This document shows positions 38,280 to 50,659 of a stretch of DNA of 64,000 bases, one piece after another. The stretch's first letter is position 1. Each line of letters starts with the position of its first letter. The DNA is from Eukaryota sp. TZLM1-RC (lineage: Eukaryota > Protista > Metamonada: BaSk clade), in assembly GCA_040285825.1 (NCBI GenBank), contig JAUPSS010000005.1, positions 868,001 to 932,000 on the forward strand, given 5' to 3'. A program made the position numbers and the translations under genes. The notes beneath the pieces are model-generated. The model was given only the letters and a program-made list of their open reading frames with translations. It had not been told where the DNA came from and ran no database searches.

Positions 38280-38725
38280 GCGAGTTGCTATTCAAGTGAA
38301 TAACGAAAATCTTCCATCATTTAATTGATGGGTTTTTTAGTAGGTAAATGTATCAGTCAATGTTTTTTGCTTGAGCTTTAAAATGTGACTGTTCCAAGAA
38401 TAAATCATTTTTAACCTACATGAACTCGCTATTGAACTTAAGAAAAGTTACATCAAAGATTTGGTGTCAACGTTCCCTGGCATAATTCATGAAATTCCTC
38501 CTACAAAATAGTGAGAAATCTCCACTTGAACTTTTTCGAATTCATGTAATCAAAGCTTCTCTAAGCATAAGTAGCGCTGATATAACATTGGTATGGTAAC
38601 ATCAGTGTGTAATGAAATTGTGCGAAAAAAAAGAAATTACTCGCATAAACAGTATCATATTGAAAAAAAGCCAGAGATACAAAACAGAAATAAATGTTTT
38701 ATAATAATATAAAATAATTACAATT

Positions 38726-41494
38726 CTAGACATCAAAACCCTTCATAGTCAGGAATTTCAATGTATTTTTACCAAAACCAGTTTTATAACCACCCCCTCT
38801 TTCAATAATTAATAACGCTAATTTAACAAATTCTTTTAAATCCTCAGTATTTTCAAAGAAAGTGATGAGAACATTAACCAATTCAATCATAAAAATTGCG
38901 GCTTCCTGTGAAACGTGGCCATAAGGATCGAAAATTTCCAGTATTTCCTGAAGAATCACATTGACTTTTTTGCTACACTCCTCAAAAGCAAATTCTTTTG
39001 AATACAAGGTTGATAAATTATATTCATCAATTGAGCCTAATAAAGATACCAATCCGACAATAATTGCTAATAAATGTCTATAATGAACAAACAACTGATT
39101 GGTCTTATAGTCTTCGAAATCTCCATCAGCTAGACAAGAAAAAGTGCCATGTTTGGGTTCAGAGTAAAGTTCTTTTAAGGAATTGATTACAATATCAAAA
39201 AGATAATAAATTCCAAATTCAGGATGACTACAGAGCATATTTGTTGATAAAAGATTACCCAAGTGACGTACAGTCGACAAAACTAGAGCAGAACTACTGA
39301 CCGCACTGGCAGACTCCAGTGAACTTTCCAAAAATGGTGGAATATGGGGGATAATGTCTACCAAAGTATTTACTATTTCCTGATATTGAATAGTTAACCC
39401 CAAACCAAGTGAAATTTCAGCAGTAGATAAAAACAATTTAACTTGGGAGAAAACGTCAAGTAAACTAGGAATAGTGATTTGAGCAAAAGCCAAAGCTCCT
39501 TTAATGGTATCTATTGAGTTTTGTTCTTTATCCATTTTAACAACCATTGATAAAACCAATTGAATTAATTCTTCTTGGAGGGGTTCAAAATGTAAGAATA
39601 ATGGTCTGCAATCAGTGTAAAATGATAACTGACTTTCCGAATCGGGAAGGACAACCTTGTGGATCAAAATCGACAACAGGTTTTTAACTACTTCCTTTTG
39701 CTCGATTGGAGTTTCCAAACTGATTGAGGAGGTTAAAAACCGGGCAACAGTTAACAAACCATGACTCAGAACTGCATCAGAGACTTGACTTTGAGATTCA
39801 CTTTTGGAGAGCGATTTTAAACAACTTGATGAAACAATTGCTCGTTCTTTTTGGGGCAATAGTGATAAACATGGAACAAAATGGTCAAGAGCAAAGAAAG
39901 AAAGTGGCTGTGATGAAGTTACAATTGAATCCAAAAAGTTTAGTAATGATTTAACTAGCAGAGAAAAATACTTTTCAGAGGTAGACTTCGTGTAAAGATT
40001 AACCACTTCTTTGAGTAAAATGTTTAATAATTTGTTTCCCTTTGACTTTTGTTGACTGGAAACGTGATGACAGACAAACTTTCCTAAATTGGAAGCAATG
40101 TCGATTCTCTTAATGTTGAGAAGGGTCTCATCTTCGGCAGCCTGATAATCACTCAAACTAGACCCCCATATTTGATTGATTGTTTTAATGACATCAGCCA
40201 GTTCAAAACCTTCGGAAGGTAGACAATCAGCTTCCGCTAGAGAATTGGAAACTGCCAACATTGAGTCCAATACTGTAAAATGATTCTTTTCAAATGTAGT
40301 TTCATTTTCTTCAATATAGGAAAGGAAAATTAATGCAAATTTGACAGCAACATTTGCTGGAAACGAAGAAAAAATGGACGAAATGAGTGGTAAAGAATCT
40401 ATTTGAAGGCACTTGTAGTGTTTAAACCAATTTAGTAATAACTCATAATTTGAATCAATTGTATTTTGGTCATCAGAATAAATTCCATAGCCAATGCAAT
40501 TAAATAATGGTACCAAAGCGGAAACTAACTCATGATCAAGGGGGTTGTTAACTGGCCACCTCATCAACACATCATTGATTGATTTGATTGATAGTTCACG
40601 TGCACTGGCTGGAACTTCTTCTTGACAAATCCTGCAAATATAACAACTTACATAAAAGGAAGTCACAAAGCCTCCGATACCCCGACACTGGGAAAGTAAC
40701 CGGTTAACAATCATCGCCAACTGATTACTGGGGGTTAAAAACCTATAAATTCTGAGCACCGCTGCTTCAATCAGTACTCTTGGGAGCAACTCTCTAACAG
40801 AAGAAATCTTTCCCAGCCAGTTAGATGCAATTAACTTGGCACCTTGAGGTACATCAATATTAGTAAATGATTCAGGAAACTTTGAATTATTTTCCTTTGC
40901 AAATTGAATAGCTTTGGTCTTAATTCTTGAAAATACAAGATCAGCAAAGGTGTCAAGCACATCAGTAACCAACATTAATAAATGGGGAAGGGAAGTGGGA
41001 GATTTGAAGGTAGGAATTAACTTGGCAGCTTGAATCACAACTTTAAATGACTTGACCATGTCGCCTGAAGCCCAAGAGTCCTGCACCTCTGTCTTCATAT
41101 GGACCAGACGAAGAGATATGGTGTCTGTGGGGGTAGTAGGGGTGGCAGAAGGTTGACCAAAGGTGTGATCAGAGAGGAGAAAGTCTGCGTGAATGGAGTC
41201 GACATGTTTAAGTGTGGTTTCAGTGACAAACTCTTGGAGGGCATGGGACAGATCAAAAGGGGCGGATTGGATAGGGGTGTCGTCGGTGGGCAGTGTGGAT
41301 GAGAGAGGGTCGAAGAGATAGGTTGGGAGGTCAGCCTCTACGGATTCATCAACTACTTCAATGGAGAGAGGCGTAGAGTATGAAGTGAGTGGGTCGTTAT
41401 CAGTAGGTTCCAGAGGAAGAGAAGTCGCTGCAGCTTGAACCGATTCTGCATCGCGAACTTTGGGTATAAAAGTAAGTTTTGACCAGTCGCTCAT
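38726..41494 (-). CDS. VPS35L: VPS35 endosomal protein-sorting factor-like (Retriever subunit)
   Basis: KVVIQAAKL, VTDVLDTFADLVFSRI, NWLGKISSVRELLPR, RGIG; 922-aa intronless ORF. Confidence 0.88.
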   Translation of the reverse strand: MSDWSKLTFIPKVRDAESVQAAATSLPLEPTDNDPLTSYSTPLSIEVVDESVEADLPTYLFDPLSSTLPTDDTPIQSAPFDLSHALQEFVTETTLKHVDSIHADFLLSDHTFGQPSATPTTPTDTISLRLVHMKTEVQDSWASGDMVKSFKVVIQAAKLIPTFKSPTSLPHLLMLVTDVLDTFADLVFSRIKTKAIQFAKENNSKFPESFTNIDVPQGAKLIASNWLGKISSVRELLPRVLIEAAVLRIYRFLTPSNQLAMIVNRLLSQCRGIGGFVTSFYVSCYICRICQEEVPASARELSIKSINDVLMRWPVNNPLDHELVSALVPLFNCIGYGIYSDDQNTIDSNYELLLNWFKHYKCLQIDSLPLISSIFSSFPANVAVKFALIFLSYIEENETTFEKNHFTVLDSMLAVSNSLAEADCLPSEGFELADVIKTINQIWGSSLSDYQAAEDETLLNIKRIDIASNLGKFVCHHVSSQQKSKGNKLLNILLKEVVNLYTKSTSEKYFSLLVKSLLNFLDSIVTSSQPLSFFALDHFVPCLSLLPQKERAIVSSSCLKSLSKSESQSQVSDAVLSHGLLTVARFLTSSISLETPIEQKEVVKNLLSILIHKVVLPDSESQLSFYTDCRPLFLHFEPLQEELIQLVLSMVVKMDKEQNSIDTIKGALAFAQITIPSLLDVFSQVKLFLSTAEISLGLGLTIQYQEIVNTLVDIIPHIPPFLESSLESASAVSSSALVLSTVRHLGNLLSTNMLCSHPEFGIYYLFDIVINSLKELYSEPKHGTFSCLADGDFEDYKTNQLFVHYRHLLAIIVGLVSLLGSIDEYNLSTLYSKEFAFEECSKKVNVILQEILEIFDPYGHVSQEAAIFMIELVNVLITFFENTEDLKEFVKLALLIIERGGGYKTGFGKNTLKFLTMKGFDV

Positions 41495-41639
41495 TGAGTT
41501 GGATGATGAGGATGTAATTGGGAAGCGTTGGAATTTAGGGGGGTTTCCAATTTTTTTTGTAAACTGGATTTTTATTGAACTAATTTATATATGTAAACTG
41601 AAGATGGGGTTTAACCACTTTCCACCCAATGCCTCTGAA

Positions 41640-44600
41640 GTTCAATTTTCTCCTACTTGTCTGAAATTCGTCAGTTACACAGTCACGCTTTCGAAGACAC
41701 AAAGACTGGAGCAGTTTACACTTATCTGTATTGGCCGGAATCAAAAATTCCGAAACATCTGAAGTTAATGTTGAGTTAGACTCGACCGGGATTGTATGAG
41801 CATCAACTCCATCTTTACCGCTGAAGTCACACGTCAACCTTGGTTTTCGATCACCAGGGTATATCACTCATATTATTGGAGAACTAAACTTGTAGTCTGA
41901 TTCAATTGCATAGCCCATTTCAATCAATTCATCAAAAATCTGATTGGCTTTTTGTCATTTCTTTGGGTTGAGGCATCGATCTGGTTTGTGTATAATTGTA
42001 TTAGTATTGTAGAAGCTGATCGTCATGGGTGGACAATAGATTCCATCTTTTTCGACATTTCGCTGAATACGCCCTTGTATTGAGCTAATATATCAGACAA
42101 ACTCTTATTATACTCACTATCATTTCAATTAATCTCACGTCCAGATCTTTTTAATTGCTGAGTAAAATCTTCTTCACTGCAAGAAGTTGATTCTACGTGG
42201 CCAATTTGGTGAGTTTTAAATCTGTTATCAAAAATGGCTTCATCATTTAGCAGGGTGCGGCGCTCTTCGTCTTGTAAAATAACTAAACGGTCAAATGTCA
42301 GTAGCCCAAGTTGTTGTAACATGTCTACCCCAATTGAAAATTTGTTCGAACCTGGTATAATGAGAAGAGTATGGTTTATTGATACTTGGTTCGTGGAGCT
42401 GCCGACATTGAACATCAGAATGCTTTGTGCACTTCCTAGCGAATTTGTTGATACATTGCTAGTAGGGATAAATTGTGTTATGTCGTTTTCATTTATCGAC
42501 ATTGAACACCTACTTGCTAGGTTGAGGAAGATGACAAAACAAAATGCAGCTGTGTCTATTGAGCTTTTGATGATTGTATGGTTGATTCTGACATGAGGTT
42601 CTAAAAACTGAGGCTTCTAGGCTGTTTATATTCAAATCCTTATCCAATTTTATAATTATCACAGAAAGAGAGTGGGTTCAAAAGGGATGCTTGAGCTGTT
42701 TGTTCTAATTGATTGATTGAATGCAAAAACTGTAGCGTGCGATGATTGGTGTATGTGGAACATGTATCCACGATGTGTATCACTTCTTGTAGCACAGCCA
42801 CCTCAGCCCCTATATCTACTGTGGCCTCTATTACGGCCTTTAAGAACCTTCAAAACTGTCATCACCACCTCTGTAATTTTTTCCTCGGTCTCTACTTAAG
42901 TCGGCGCTTCTACGGTGGTCCATAGGAACCAAAAATCTGGCGCATCCAGGATCGTCACAGCTGCTATCACGTGGCCTGATTTGTGACAAAAAATGCTGAA
43001 CTTGTGGCCCCCTCTGCAATGCTTTTCCTTCTTCAAAATTAATTTATTGAATTTGCACACTTGATTAAATTAAATCATAACTAATGGGACGACTATCATT
43101 AAACCAAGATTTCCTCTACAAAATCTTGATTTGCTTGCTGTCTAGCTAAAGCTTCTCTAATTCGATTGAAAAACCGCGGTAATCTATTAATAATGGCAAA
43201 TTGAATCCGTGAACGCCATAAAAAAATATCAAATCTTTTCATTGTTTTTTCTTTCACCATTTTTTGGAAGTCATCCAAAAAAGTTTCTGCTTCAACTGAT
43301 AATCTTCCATTTATCGAAAATGGGAAAGCAATAAAAACCAGCTGTGTATTTCTATCGACATTTGCATCTTCAATTTCTTTATCATATTTTCTATGTTTTT
43401 CTTTTGCTTTAAAATCCAGAGCAGCCACAGGATTAAGTTTTCTTCTGTGAACCAAAGTATCGTTTGCAACATTACATGAGACAAAGTCAACAATAGCTTC
43501 AGAATTATCAATCCAATCACAGTATACATCACCTCTATCATCAGAACCAAAATTATTCAGAGAAAGTGTTTCTTTCAGCAGGGGCTCTTTGATACACGAT
43601 ATCCTTGCAGTTTGTGCCATATTGAAAACAATTCTTCAAAATAGGAATGAAATGAATCGAATTAACTGGTCTTTTTCTTCCCAGTAGAGGTGTGGAAATT
43701 ATTTGTTTTTTTGGGTCTGGAGACACCTTTCCTCAATAGCTGAACCATCTCCCTATTTTGTGCGACTTTCATTCATATAAGGAAGTCGTTCCCAACTTTT
43801 CTTGTTAATTGGGGAAGCTCACCAGCTGCTCCTTCCAATAACTTTTTTTTCACAAAATTCGTCAAACAGAAGCTCAGTGAAAGCTAAGTTGTTGATGCCT
43901 GTTGAAAAGCCATGTGTCACTATTGACATCGAAAGAGTGAATACTCCGCTCGAGTGATCCACATCTTCGATCCTTTCTGATACTTCTTTTATTTATGTAG
44001 ACATTCTCAGAATGTCCGCAAAGTCTTCCATATATATATCGCAAATTCCCTTTTTTGCGTCTTCGATTAAATTGACATTGCGCCAATTGAAATGGGGTTT
44101 GTGAAGGGCTAATTTGGTGTTGTGGAGCGAGTTCAATTGGCTCTTTCTACAGAGAATCAGTAAATTCTTTTCGTCATTGGGATCCATGCTAAGAATCTGT
44201 TGTTGTTTCCACAATGAAATGATTTTTGCCCTGATGCAACCAGATAAACCTAAGGGGTTGGTTGTTGCAAAAATGGACCTAAACAACTTGTGTTCCAGAA
44301 TTGGAGGCCCTATTTTACGAATGAAATTGGGGACGATTCTATTAATTTTTGGTTTTTGAAGCGAATTGAGCTGAGAACGTTATGAATGGATTTGTTGTTG
44401 TATCTCAGTTGTTTCGGCTCTCTGAATTGCTAACAACTGAGATAGACTGTTTACCATGTCAGCGATTGGTTTCTGTTGTTGGGCTGAACTTGATTTAGAC
44501 ATTTTGTTTTCATCGTTTTTTTTGTACCCCCTGTGCTTGTGCTGTCCCAGGGTACAAATTCAGTGGAAAATGTACAATATTCGTTTAAGTTTGTGGAAAT

Positions 44601-46100
44601 TCGAGTCTGGATGGCTCATGGAATGTTTCGTATTCTAAAGCCTTTGTTTTGTAATGATATCCAGCGTAAATTGTTAATTCAAATCAAGTACCTGGTGGAC
44701 CATGTTCAATTGCAGTTATTTCTGATTTGAGATACTGAAAGGTCTTGTCTATTCAATCAAGGACCTGTTTGATGTATGGTGGACTCTTCCATTGGTGAAG
44801 CAGAATCTGAATATTCGATAGAGTGGACGTCCATAAAATTGTCCTGATTACGAGGCTGCGGTAACTTTTCTATCTGAGGTTGATGAGATTTTGGTTCCTC
44901 TTGAATAATGAATTGTATAGATGGCCTGAAAGGTCTGATGCTTTGAAATGGCGTATTTTTTATACACCTAAGATTGAAATAAAGGCAGAAACTTTGTTGC
45001 TAACCCAAGTTTTTCCAATTTGTACATTATTATGATTGAGAGGAGACTTGTAGGTGGAGATAAATGTTGTTATCATGTTGGCATGATCTCGTTTGTAAGT
45101 CACTCCTTGTTCCACAAAAATTGACCTGAACGGTGAGAAGCGGGTCTCATCTCAACGAAAACAGGGTTTGATGCTGAAGGGAAGTATTGATGAACCTTTC
45201 TGACTACCGTATAATCATTTCCAGAAGTACTAATATTCTCATAAATTTTGTACAGACCTGGTCTAAACCAGTTTGAAAGGGAGGTGTACATTTTTGGGTC
45301 CATCTAATTTACCGGATAAGTCTCGATTGCATTCCTTGACCTCCAAGTACCTAATTCTAGAATTATACATGTGGAGGGTGGCTCTTTTTTCAATTACATC
45401 AAATCTGTCAGCGCGAACTTGAACATGATGAATTTATAAGAGGATTCTAATAAGAATGGTCTTATTCTGCTTTCTGCAGGTCTATCCGACAACTCTTTGC
45501 TTTCTTGGTCGAGAAGCGCTATGGACTCTCTTAGTGTATTTGGGATTAAAGGAACCTACCTAAAACCGACTATGGTCTCACTTATTGTTTGTACCGAGAC
45601 ACAATTCTTCACGTCTACGTACAGAGACGTTTCTGATAGTAGGGATTCTACAAAGTCCGTTGGTTTCTGTTTTTATGCTCATTTTTCAATAGAGTGGCGA
45701 GGAACGTTTCCGACTCAAGGCTTATGACAGGAGGTTTGTCCTGTCAAAAGTAGGTTGTGGTCAAGGCTGTAATAACCTTTCAGCGGGCGTTGTGGTTGAA
45801 AGGAATAACCTCTGAAAGAGTTGGACAGGGAGTAGGGTTTTGATTTGAACTCGTAGCATGTGGAGGACGACGAGAATCTCCGTTCGCTTGTGGAGCAGTT
45901 GGGTTTTGATGCAAATATAAAAATATGGTAAAGCAACCTCTATCAAGAGATACAAATTGAAATTGGGTACTCCCACTTCTTCCTCACTCACTTTTCCTGC
46001 TAGTCCAGCATTGCGAACAAAGCGGAGATTAAGGGTGTCGTCCGGCTTCATTGACCCTTTGAAAATTCAGCGGGATGTTTCTAAAACAACTTCGAAGTTT
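41640..46100 (-). mobile_element. Decayed Ty3/gypsy element: long gag region, knuckle, protease, start of RT; interrupted by a family B insertion
   Basis: ORF 42125-42502 and IDTAAFC are homologous to 63320-63700; FCHKSGH near 42970-42995; the TSD around 43040-43631 shows 43643-46100 is contiguous with the knuckle; outer limits approximate. Confidence 0.65.
43040..43631 (-). mobile_element. CRE-like family B, 5'-truncated, 11-bp TSD
   Basis: TTCTTCAAAAT at 43029-43039 and 43632-43642; ORF 43099-43620. Confidence 0.92.
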
Positions 46101-46316
46101 CATGGTTGAATCTTGGTTTTCTGTTTTGTCGGTTTTTCTTGCTTAAGTGTGAGAAAAATCTTTTTTTTTCGATAATAAATTGTCGTAAATTTTGTCTTCA
46201 GGGATCAGAATTTTTCACAATCAATGAACAATTAATTGTGCTTTAACTACCTTTATTAACCGAGATTCAGCCTTCTTTTGCTAATTTTGTGGTCCATATT
46301 AGTGTTCATGTTTTAT

Positions 46317-47650
46317 ACTCTGTGAAGAAATTCCCACTTATTGAAGGATCATCTTCCAAAACAAAGTTTATCAAAAATACTTGTCTGAAACGATTATTCA
46401 AACAATGTCCTTACCAAAAATTCAATATCAACAGAAAAGTTTGAAAAATAGACTTGAAATTTTTTTAGTGAAAACTAATGGTAAAGAACTGCTTTTGATC
46501 TTTGAAGGTAAAAATAATGACTCAGAAAACACAGATGAGCTAGATGAACCACCGAAAAAGAAACGAAAATTGAAAAAAGAAATGAAAAGAAATTCAGATG
46601 CCAACAAAACCGGAGAAACACAGCTTCAGGGTACTAAAAAATGCCCCGTCCAAGACGTAGACATACAGTCGAAATTTTACCTGAAAAGCCATTTGTTGGT
46701 GTTGATCTGGGCTAATCTAGATTATGTGGTTACTTCTTAACTCACAATCAGTGTGAAGTTATCCCTTGTCCAACTGGCAGAAGATACATGACAAAACCTT
46801 TACCCAGTAAACACTTCCCCAACCATTATTCCGTTCAAAATTTCAACCAATATTTGAACCATTGGTTTTTGGCCTGGAAGAAAATGTATTTGGACAGTAA
46901 TCGCTAGGAATGAAAAATAATTTAATTTGTCAATCGCAGACGAAAAGAGAAACGGTTCCGTGAGAGTCTCAACAAATTTCAAAGGCTGGTTGGACACCCT
47001 GAAAAACTCTACTTTGCTGTGGGTTCTGCTTATTTTCCTTCTCATTGCCGAAAAGTCAATCGATATGGATCAGCAAGGGCTTTTAGAAAATGTTTGTGTT
47101 ATCAAAAGGACGTGAAGCACTTGTCAACCGGTGAATTTAATACAAGCAAACTTTTCATTTGTTGTATGGCCGAGAATATTCAAGCAGGCACATGGCAGAT
47201 GCGTATTTGTACTGAGTGTCAAATAGTATATGACAGAGAAATTTGCGCTGTAAAAAATATTTAATTTAGAAGAAAGGGGAATTGTGGCCGGAAAGACACA
47301 TTCGCCCAGCTGCTCTGTTGACTAGATGAATGGGGAACCTGAGCATATAGAAACAAAAACTTTGGAAAAACTGATGTTTTATTTTGAGTTTTTTATTTTT
47401 TGAAAAACTTTTGAGACCGATCTACAAATACCTTAGTAGCATTTGGTAGATCCACTTAGATACATCAAGTCACGAGGCTTTGTTCTGTGAAAGCAGTAGG
47501 TGTATTTAAGTGAGGTAGCCCATTGATGAAGATCATATTTGTCTTTTTCAAATGACGCTACATGTCTCTTACAGCCTGTGTGTAGACATTGAGAAAGCTA
47601 TGAATTAAAACAAGAATGAATTTTATAGCGGAATGCATGAAAAGTAATTA
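46317..47650 (+). mobile_element. Decayed Fanzor/TnpB-like element, family 2, copy 1
   Basis: VGVDLG (46695-46712), VGSAYFP, EFNTSK, CC..CTEC, DREICA.KNI across broken frames; PKKKRK NLS-like motif; inverted homologue at 59546-60776. Confidence 0.8.
47410..47650 (+). ncRNA. Candidate omega RNA of Fanzor family 2, copy 1
   Basis: Non-coding, conserved with 59546-59785, with stems ATCTACAAAT/ATTTGGTAGAT and TGTCT..AGACA, directly 3' of the RuvC remnant. Confidence 0.55.
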
Positions 47651-47694
47651 ATAAACATTTTTCCATTACAACTGTTTGACATTTTTCTGCTATA

Positions 47695-48321
47695 ATGACT
47701 AACAGAAATGACCCTGGATCTTCTATAAAACACTGGCGGGCTTGGCCTGAGTCTTCCTGTGGAGATAACCTTCAGGCAGTCATTTCACATCGTGTCTTTC
47801 ATCACCCCACTGATATTCACAAGATACTGTCAACACCACCGAATATCAACACTATATCGTGGATAATTGAGCAATTCAGGCAACTGCTGGTGGACCTTTC
47901 CTTCTTTTCTATCAAACTACACCAAGAATGCACGAGAAGCACGTGTGACCAAATGAAAACCACACAAGAATGGATGTTCCTCTGCGCTGCGCACAAGACG
48001 CCTACTGATTGTTGCGCTGTGGACTACACCAGACATACCATAGACAGTGCCATCCGTTGTATTTCAGAACTAAGCCGCTTAGATTCCCCTTCTTCGAGGT
48101 TGGACCTCATCAGAACCCATTCCAGACGGCTTGTCAGGATTCTCTTGCATTCTGCTCATCACCATGCTGATTTACTGGTTGATTATGAGGAAAGGACTGC
48201 CTTGTGTAAACGATTTTGCGCTTTTTGTTTGTGGTTTGACATTGTTCCCGCCAAGCAGCTTTGTTTCCCGGAAATCCCTGGCTTGGACTTGAATGTTGAG
48301 AGTCTTTTTTCCTTGAATTGA
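47695..48321 (+). CDS. MOB4: MOB family protein phocein/MOB4
   Basis: WIIEQFRQ, CTRSTCDQMK, WMFLCAAHKTP.DCCAVDYTRHTID. Confidence 0.88.
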   Translation: MTNRNDPGSSIKHWRAWPESSCGDNLQAVISHRVFHHPTDIHKILSTPPNINTISWIIEQFRQLLVDLSFFSIKLHQECTRSTCDQMKTTQEWMFLCAAHKTPTDCCAVDYTRHTIDSAIRCISELSRLDSPSSRLDLIRTHSRRLVRILLHSAHHHADLLVDYEERTALCKRFCAFCLWFDIVPAKQLCFPEIPGLDLNVESLFSLN

Positions 48322-48516
48322 CTGTATATAATAAATAATAGTAAATAATTTACTTTTCCCTGTTTCTGAACATCTGAAGTATTTGGGTTTAAAGTGTTTT
48401 AGCATAAAAAATGGTTTATAAGGACATTTAAAAGCCGAATTGAATACAAAAATAACAGCAAAATTAAAGACTAAAACTAAAAAATTAATTAAACAAAAGA
48501 TAAATTAAAAAATGTG

Positions 48517-49641
48517 CTATTTGGACTTATTTTTATTTTGCTTAAGTTTCATTTTGGGGTTTCTTTTTTGTCTTTTCAATAAATTCCGAACAAAATCTTC
48601 CTTTGGTAAATGAAATTCTTGAACAGACTTCTTGACATTACTCAACTCCTCGTCATCATTTTCGTCATCATTTTCATCATCATTTTCATCATGTTGTTCT
48701 TCTATTGCGTCATCATTTTGAACCTCATCTGAGTCAACAGTGACTAAATTGTCACTTGCTTCGCTCTTGAGCTCATCAAAATCAGGCAAATTTTCACATT
48801 CAAAACCAAATTTGTTTCTGAAATATTGCACACAGCATTTCAAATCCCTCTCGAAAAATTCTTTTGCCTCAGCTTCATCAATACTAATCATTTGAGGGAA
48901 ATCTATAAAAGTAACTTTACCTTCGCTCGACAATAACATATTAAATTCATTTAAATCACAATGCACCAATCCAATCTTGACTAGGTCAGAAAGACATCTC
49001 ATAATTTGATTGAACACGTGATCAACTCCTGGGGGAGTCTCAATCCGCTCAATTGAAGTCAAGGGAAATCCCTCAGCTCTTTCCATTACAACTATATGCC
49101 GATTATAACCAAACAAACAAGGAACGCTAAACCCTCTGTCGTAAAGTTCCTTCATAAAACTAGCTTCTCTATGTGCCGCTAGACGGGAAAGATAAAGCCA
49201 AGAGGCTGATTTTCTCTTGTCCAAGTAATTCCTCTTATTCTTGACTTCACGGAAAGAAGTTCTTCCTAAACGATGGAACTTAACCACAACTTCTCTTTCG
49301 TCATCTGTAACTGCTAGAAAGATATCGGCTTCTTTTCCCACCCCGAATTGATGACCTAGACCACTAATGACACCTTTCTTGACAAGGGTGTTGAGGGCAA
49401 GGGCATCGTATCCTGCATAGTTGAGAGTGTATCCGTTGTAAGGGACTGATTCATGGTGGACGAGTTTAGCTTTATGGACAGTTTTGATGGATTGAGCGAC
49501 TTCTCCACGGGTAAGTTTGGAGATTCTTTCAATGAGTTCAAGAGGAACAAGATCATGGTTCTTCATTCCCATCTCAATGGCTGTAAGGGTTCTAAAGTCC
49601 GATGCAGACAGATATCTTAGAATAGAAGCATCAACCTTCAT
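48517..49641 (-). CDS. RIO2: RIO2 atypical serine/threonine kinase
   Basis: DFRTLTAIEMGMKNHDLVP, GVGKEADI, KFHRLGRTSFR, HCDLNEFN, IDFPQM; ATG of MKVDAS at 49641. Confidence 0.95.
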   Translation of the reverse strand: MKVDASILRYLSASDFRTLTAIEMGMKNHDLVPLELIERISKLTRGEVAQSIKTVHKAKLVHHESVPYNGYTLNYAGYDALALNTLVKKGVISGLGHQFGVGKEADIFLAVTDDEREVVVKFHRLGRTSFREVKNKRNYLDKRKSASWLYLSRLAAHREASFMKELYDRGFSVPCLFGYNRHIVVMERAEGFPLTSIERIETPPGVDHVFNQIMRCLSDLVKIGLVHCDLNEFNMLLSSEGKVTFIDFPQMISIDEAEAKEFFERDLKCCVQYFRNKFGFECENLPDFDELKSEASDNLVTVDSDEVQNDDAIEEQHDENDDENDDENDDEELSNVKKSVQEFHLPKEDFVRNLLKRQKRNPKMKLKQNKNKSK

Positions 49642-49723
49642 AAAGTAATGTTTAGATAAATGTTCTGTTAGTGCAAATCTATTCTTCATTACAACCCCAG
49701 ACACTATTGAGCTGCCACGTCGT

Positions 49724-50190
49724 TTAAGATGGACTGATATTTTCTTCTACAGAGATCTTCTTGACTAGTCTCTTTTTAGTTCCTCCCTGTCTGCTTTTAG
49801 CACCCGATGAGGATGTGCTTGTTTCAGGAACATGTAATGGACAGTTTCTTCTCTTGTGGCCTTCTCCGCGACATAAACCACATCTTTTCGGTTTTTTGTC
49901 CTTCTCAGCAGTCATCTTTTTTTGATCTCTCTGCGAAGTAGATGATCCATTTTCGAAATCTTTTGTTTGAGTTTTTGGTCTTTTGAAAATGGATGGTCTA
50001 CCTTCACCGTTGATTGCAGATGTGATTATGGAATACATATTTATGGCAGAGGTCTCTATTCCAATGCGTGCTGCATGTCTGACAGTTCACTAAACCCCAC
50101 GGTGTTGATTTTGCTTTTTCTTCCTGTGAATCCTTCTGTTCAGTATATTTGAACGTGTTCCACCGGTGTTTGGGTTTCAGTCTGTGCATA
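49724..50190 (-). pseudogene. C-terminal remnant of a Fanzor1-like protein (family 3) with a CCHC-knuckle tail
   Basis: WGLVNCQTC..WNRD then one frameshift to AINMYSII..GRPSIFKR, followed by CGLCRGEGHKRRNC. Confidence 0.7.
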
Positions 50191-50659
50191 ATCAGAGTCA
50201 GAGTTAGAATAAGTTGATAGATTTTGTAATTGTTTCTTTCTTCTTTTAATACCTTTGCAAAAATTGTAGAGAACAACTCTGAACAGAAATTCAAAATGAC
50301 TTTCTTGCAATTCAGCCTATGAGACAGTCTCACTCTATACTATTAATGAACACTGACTCAGTATGTCAAATGCTGGCTTTTGCTGGTGATTGTAGGTATT
50401 AAAACTATTCAACTATATTGTATCTGTAGTAAGTTTTGATTAGTAAAAGCTGAAAATAAAATAATTCTCCTTGGAAAATAAAGTCAATAAACCTGCAGTA
50501 GCAATGAGTGAAAGATATTCATCAATTTGTTGTCTTGACTTTACAAAAATCAGTTGATAACATGAGCACTTCTGACTCAGTAGGGGCTTCTTCGAAACAC
50601 TTTGAGTACATGACATCATTTCACACCAACAAATCAAAAAAATAAAAGATTTACCCAAA

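Noticed and set aside
49642-49704. N-terminal extension of RIO2 in the ORF track
   Set aside because: Starts at GTG; RIO2 homology begins at MKVDAS (ATG 49641).
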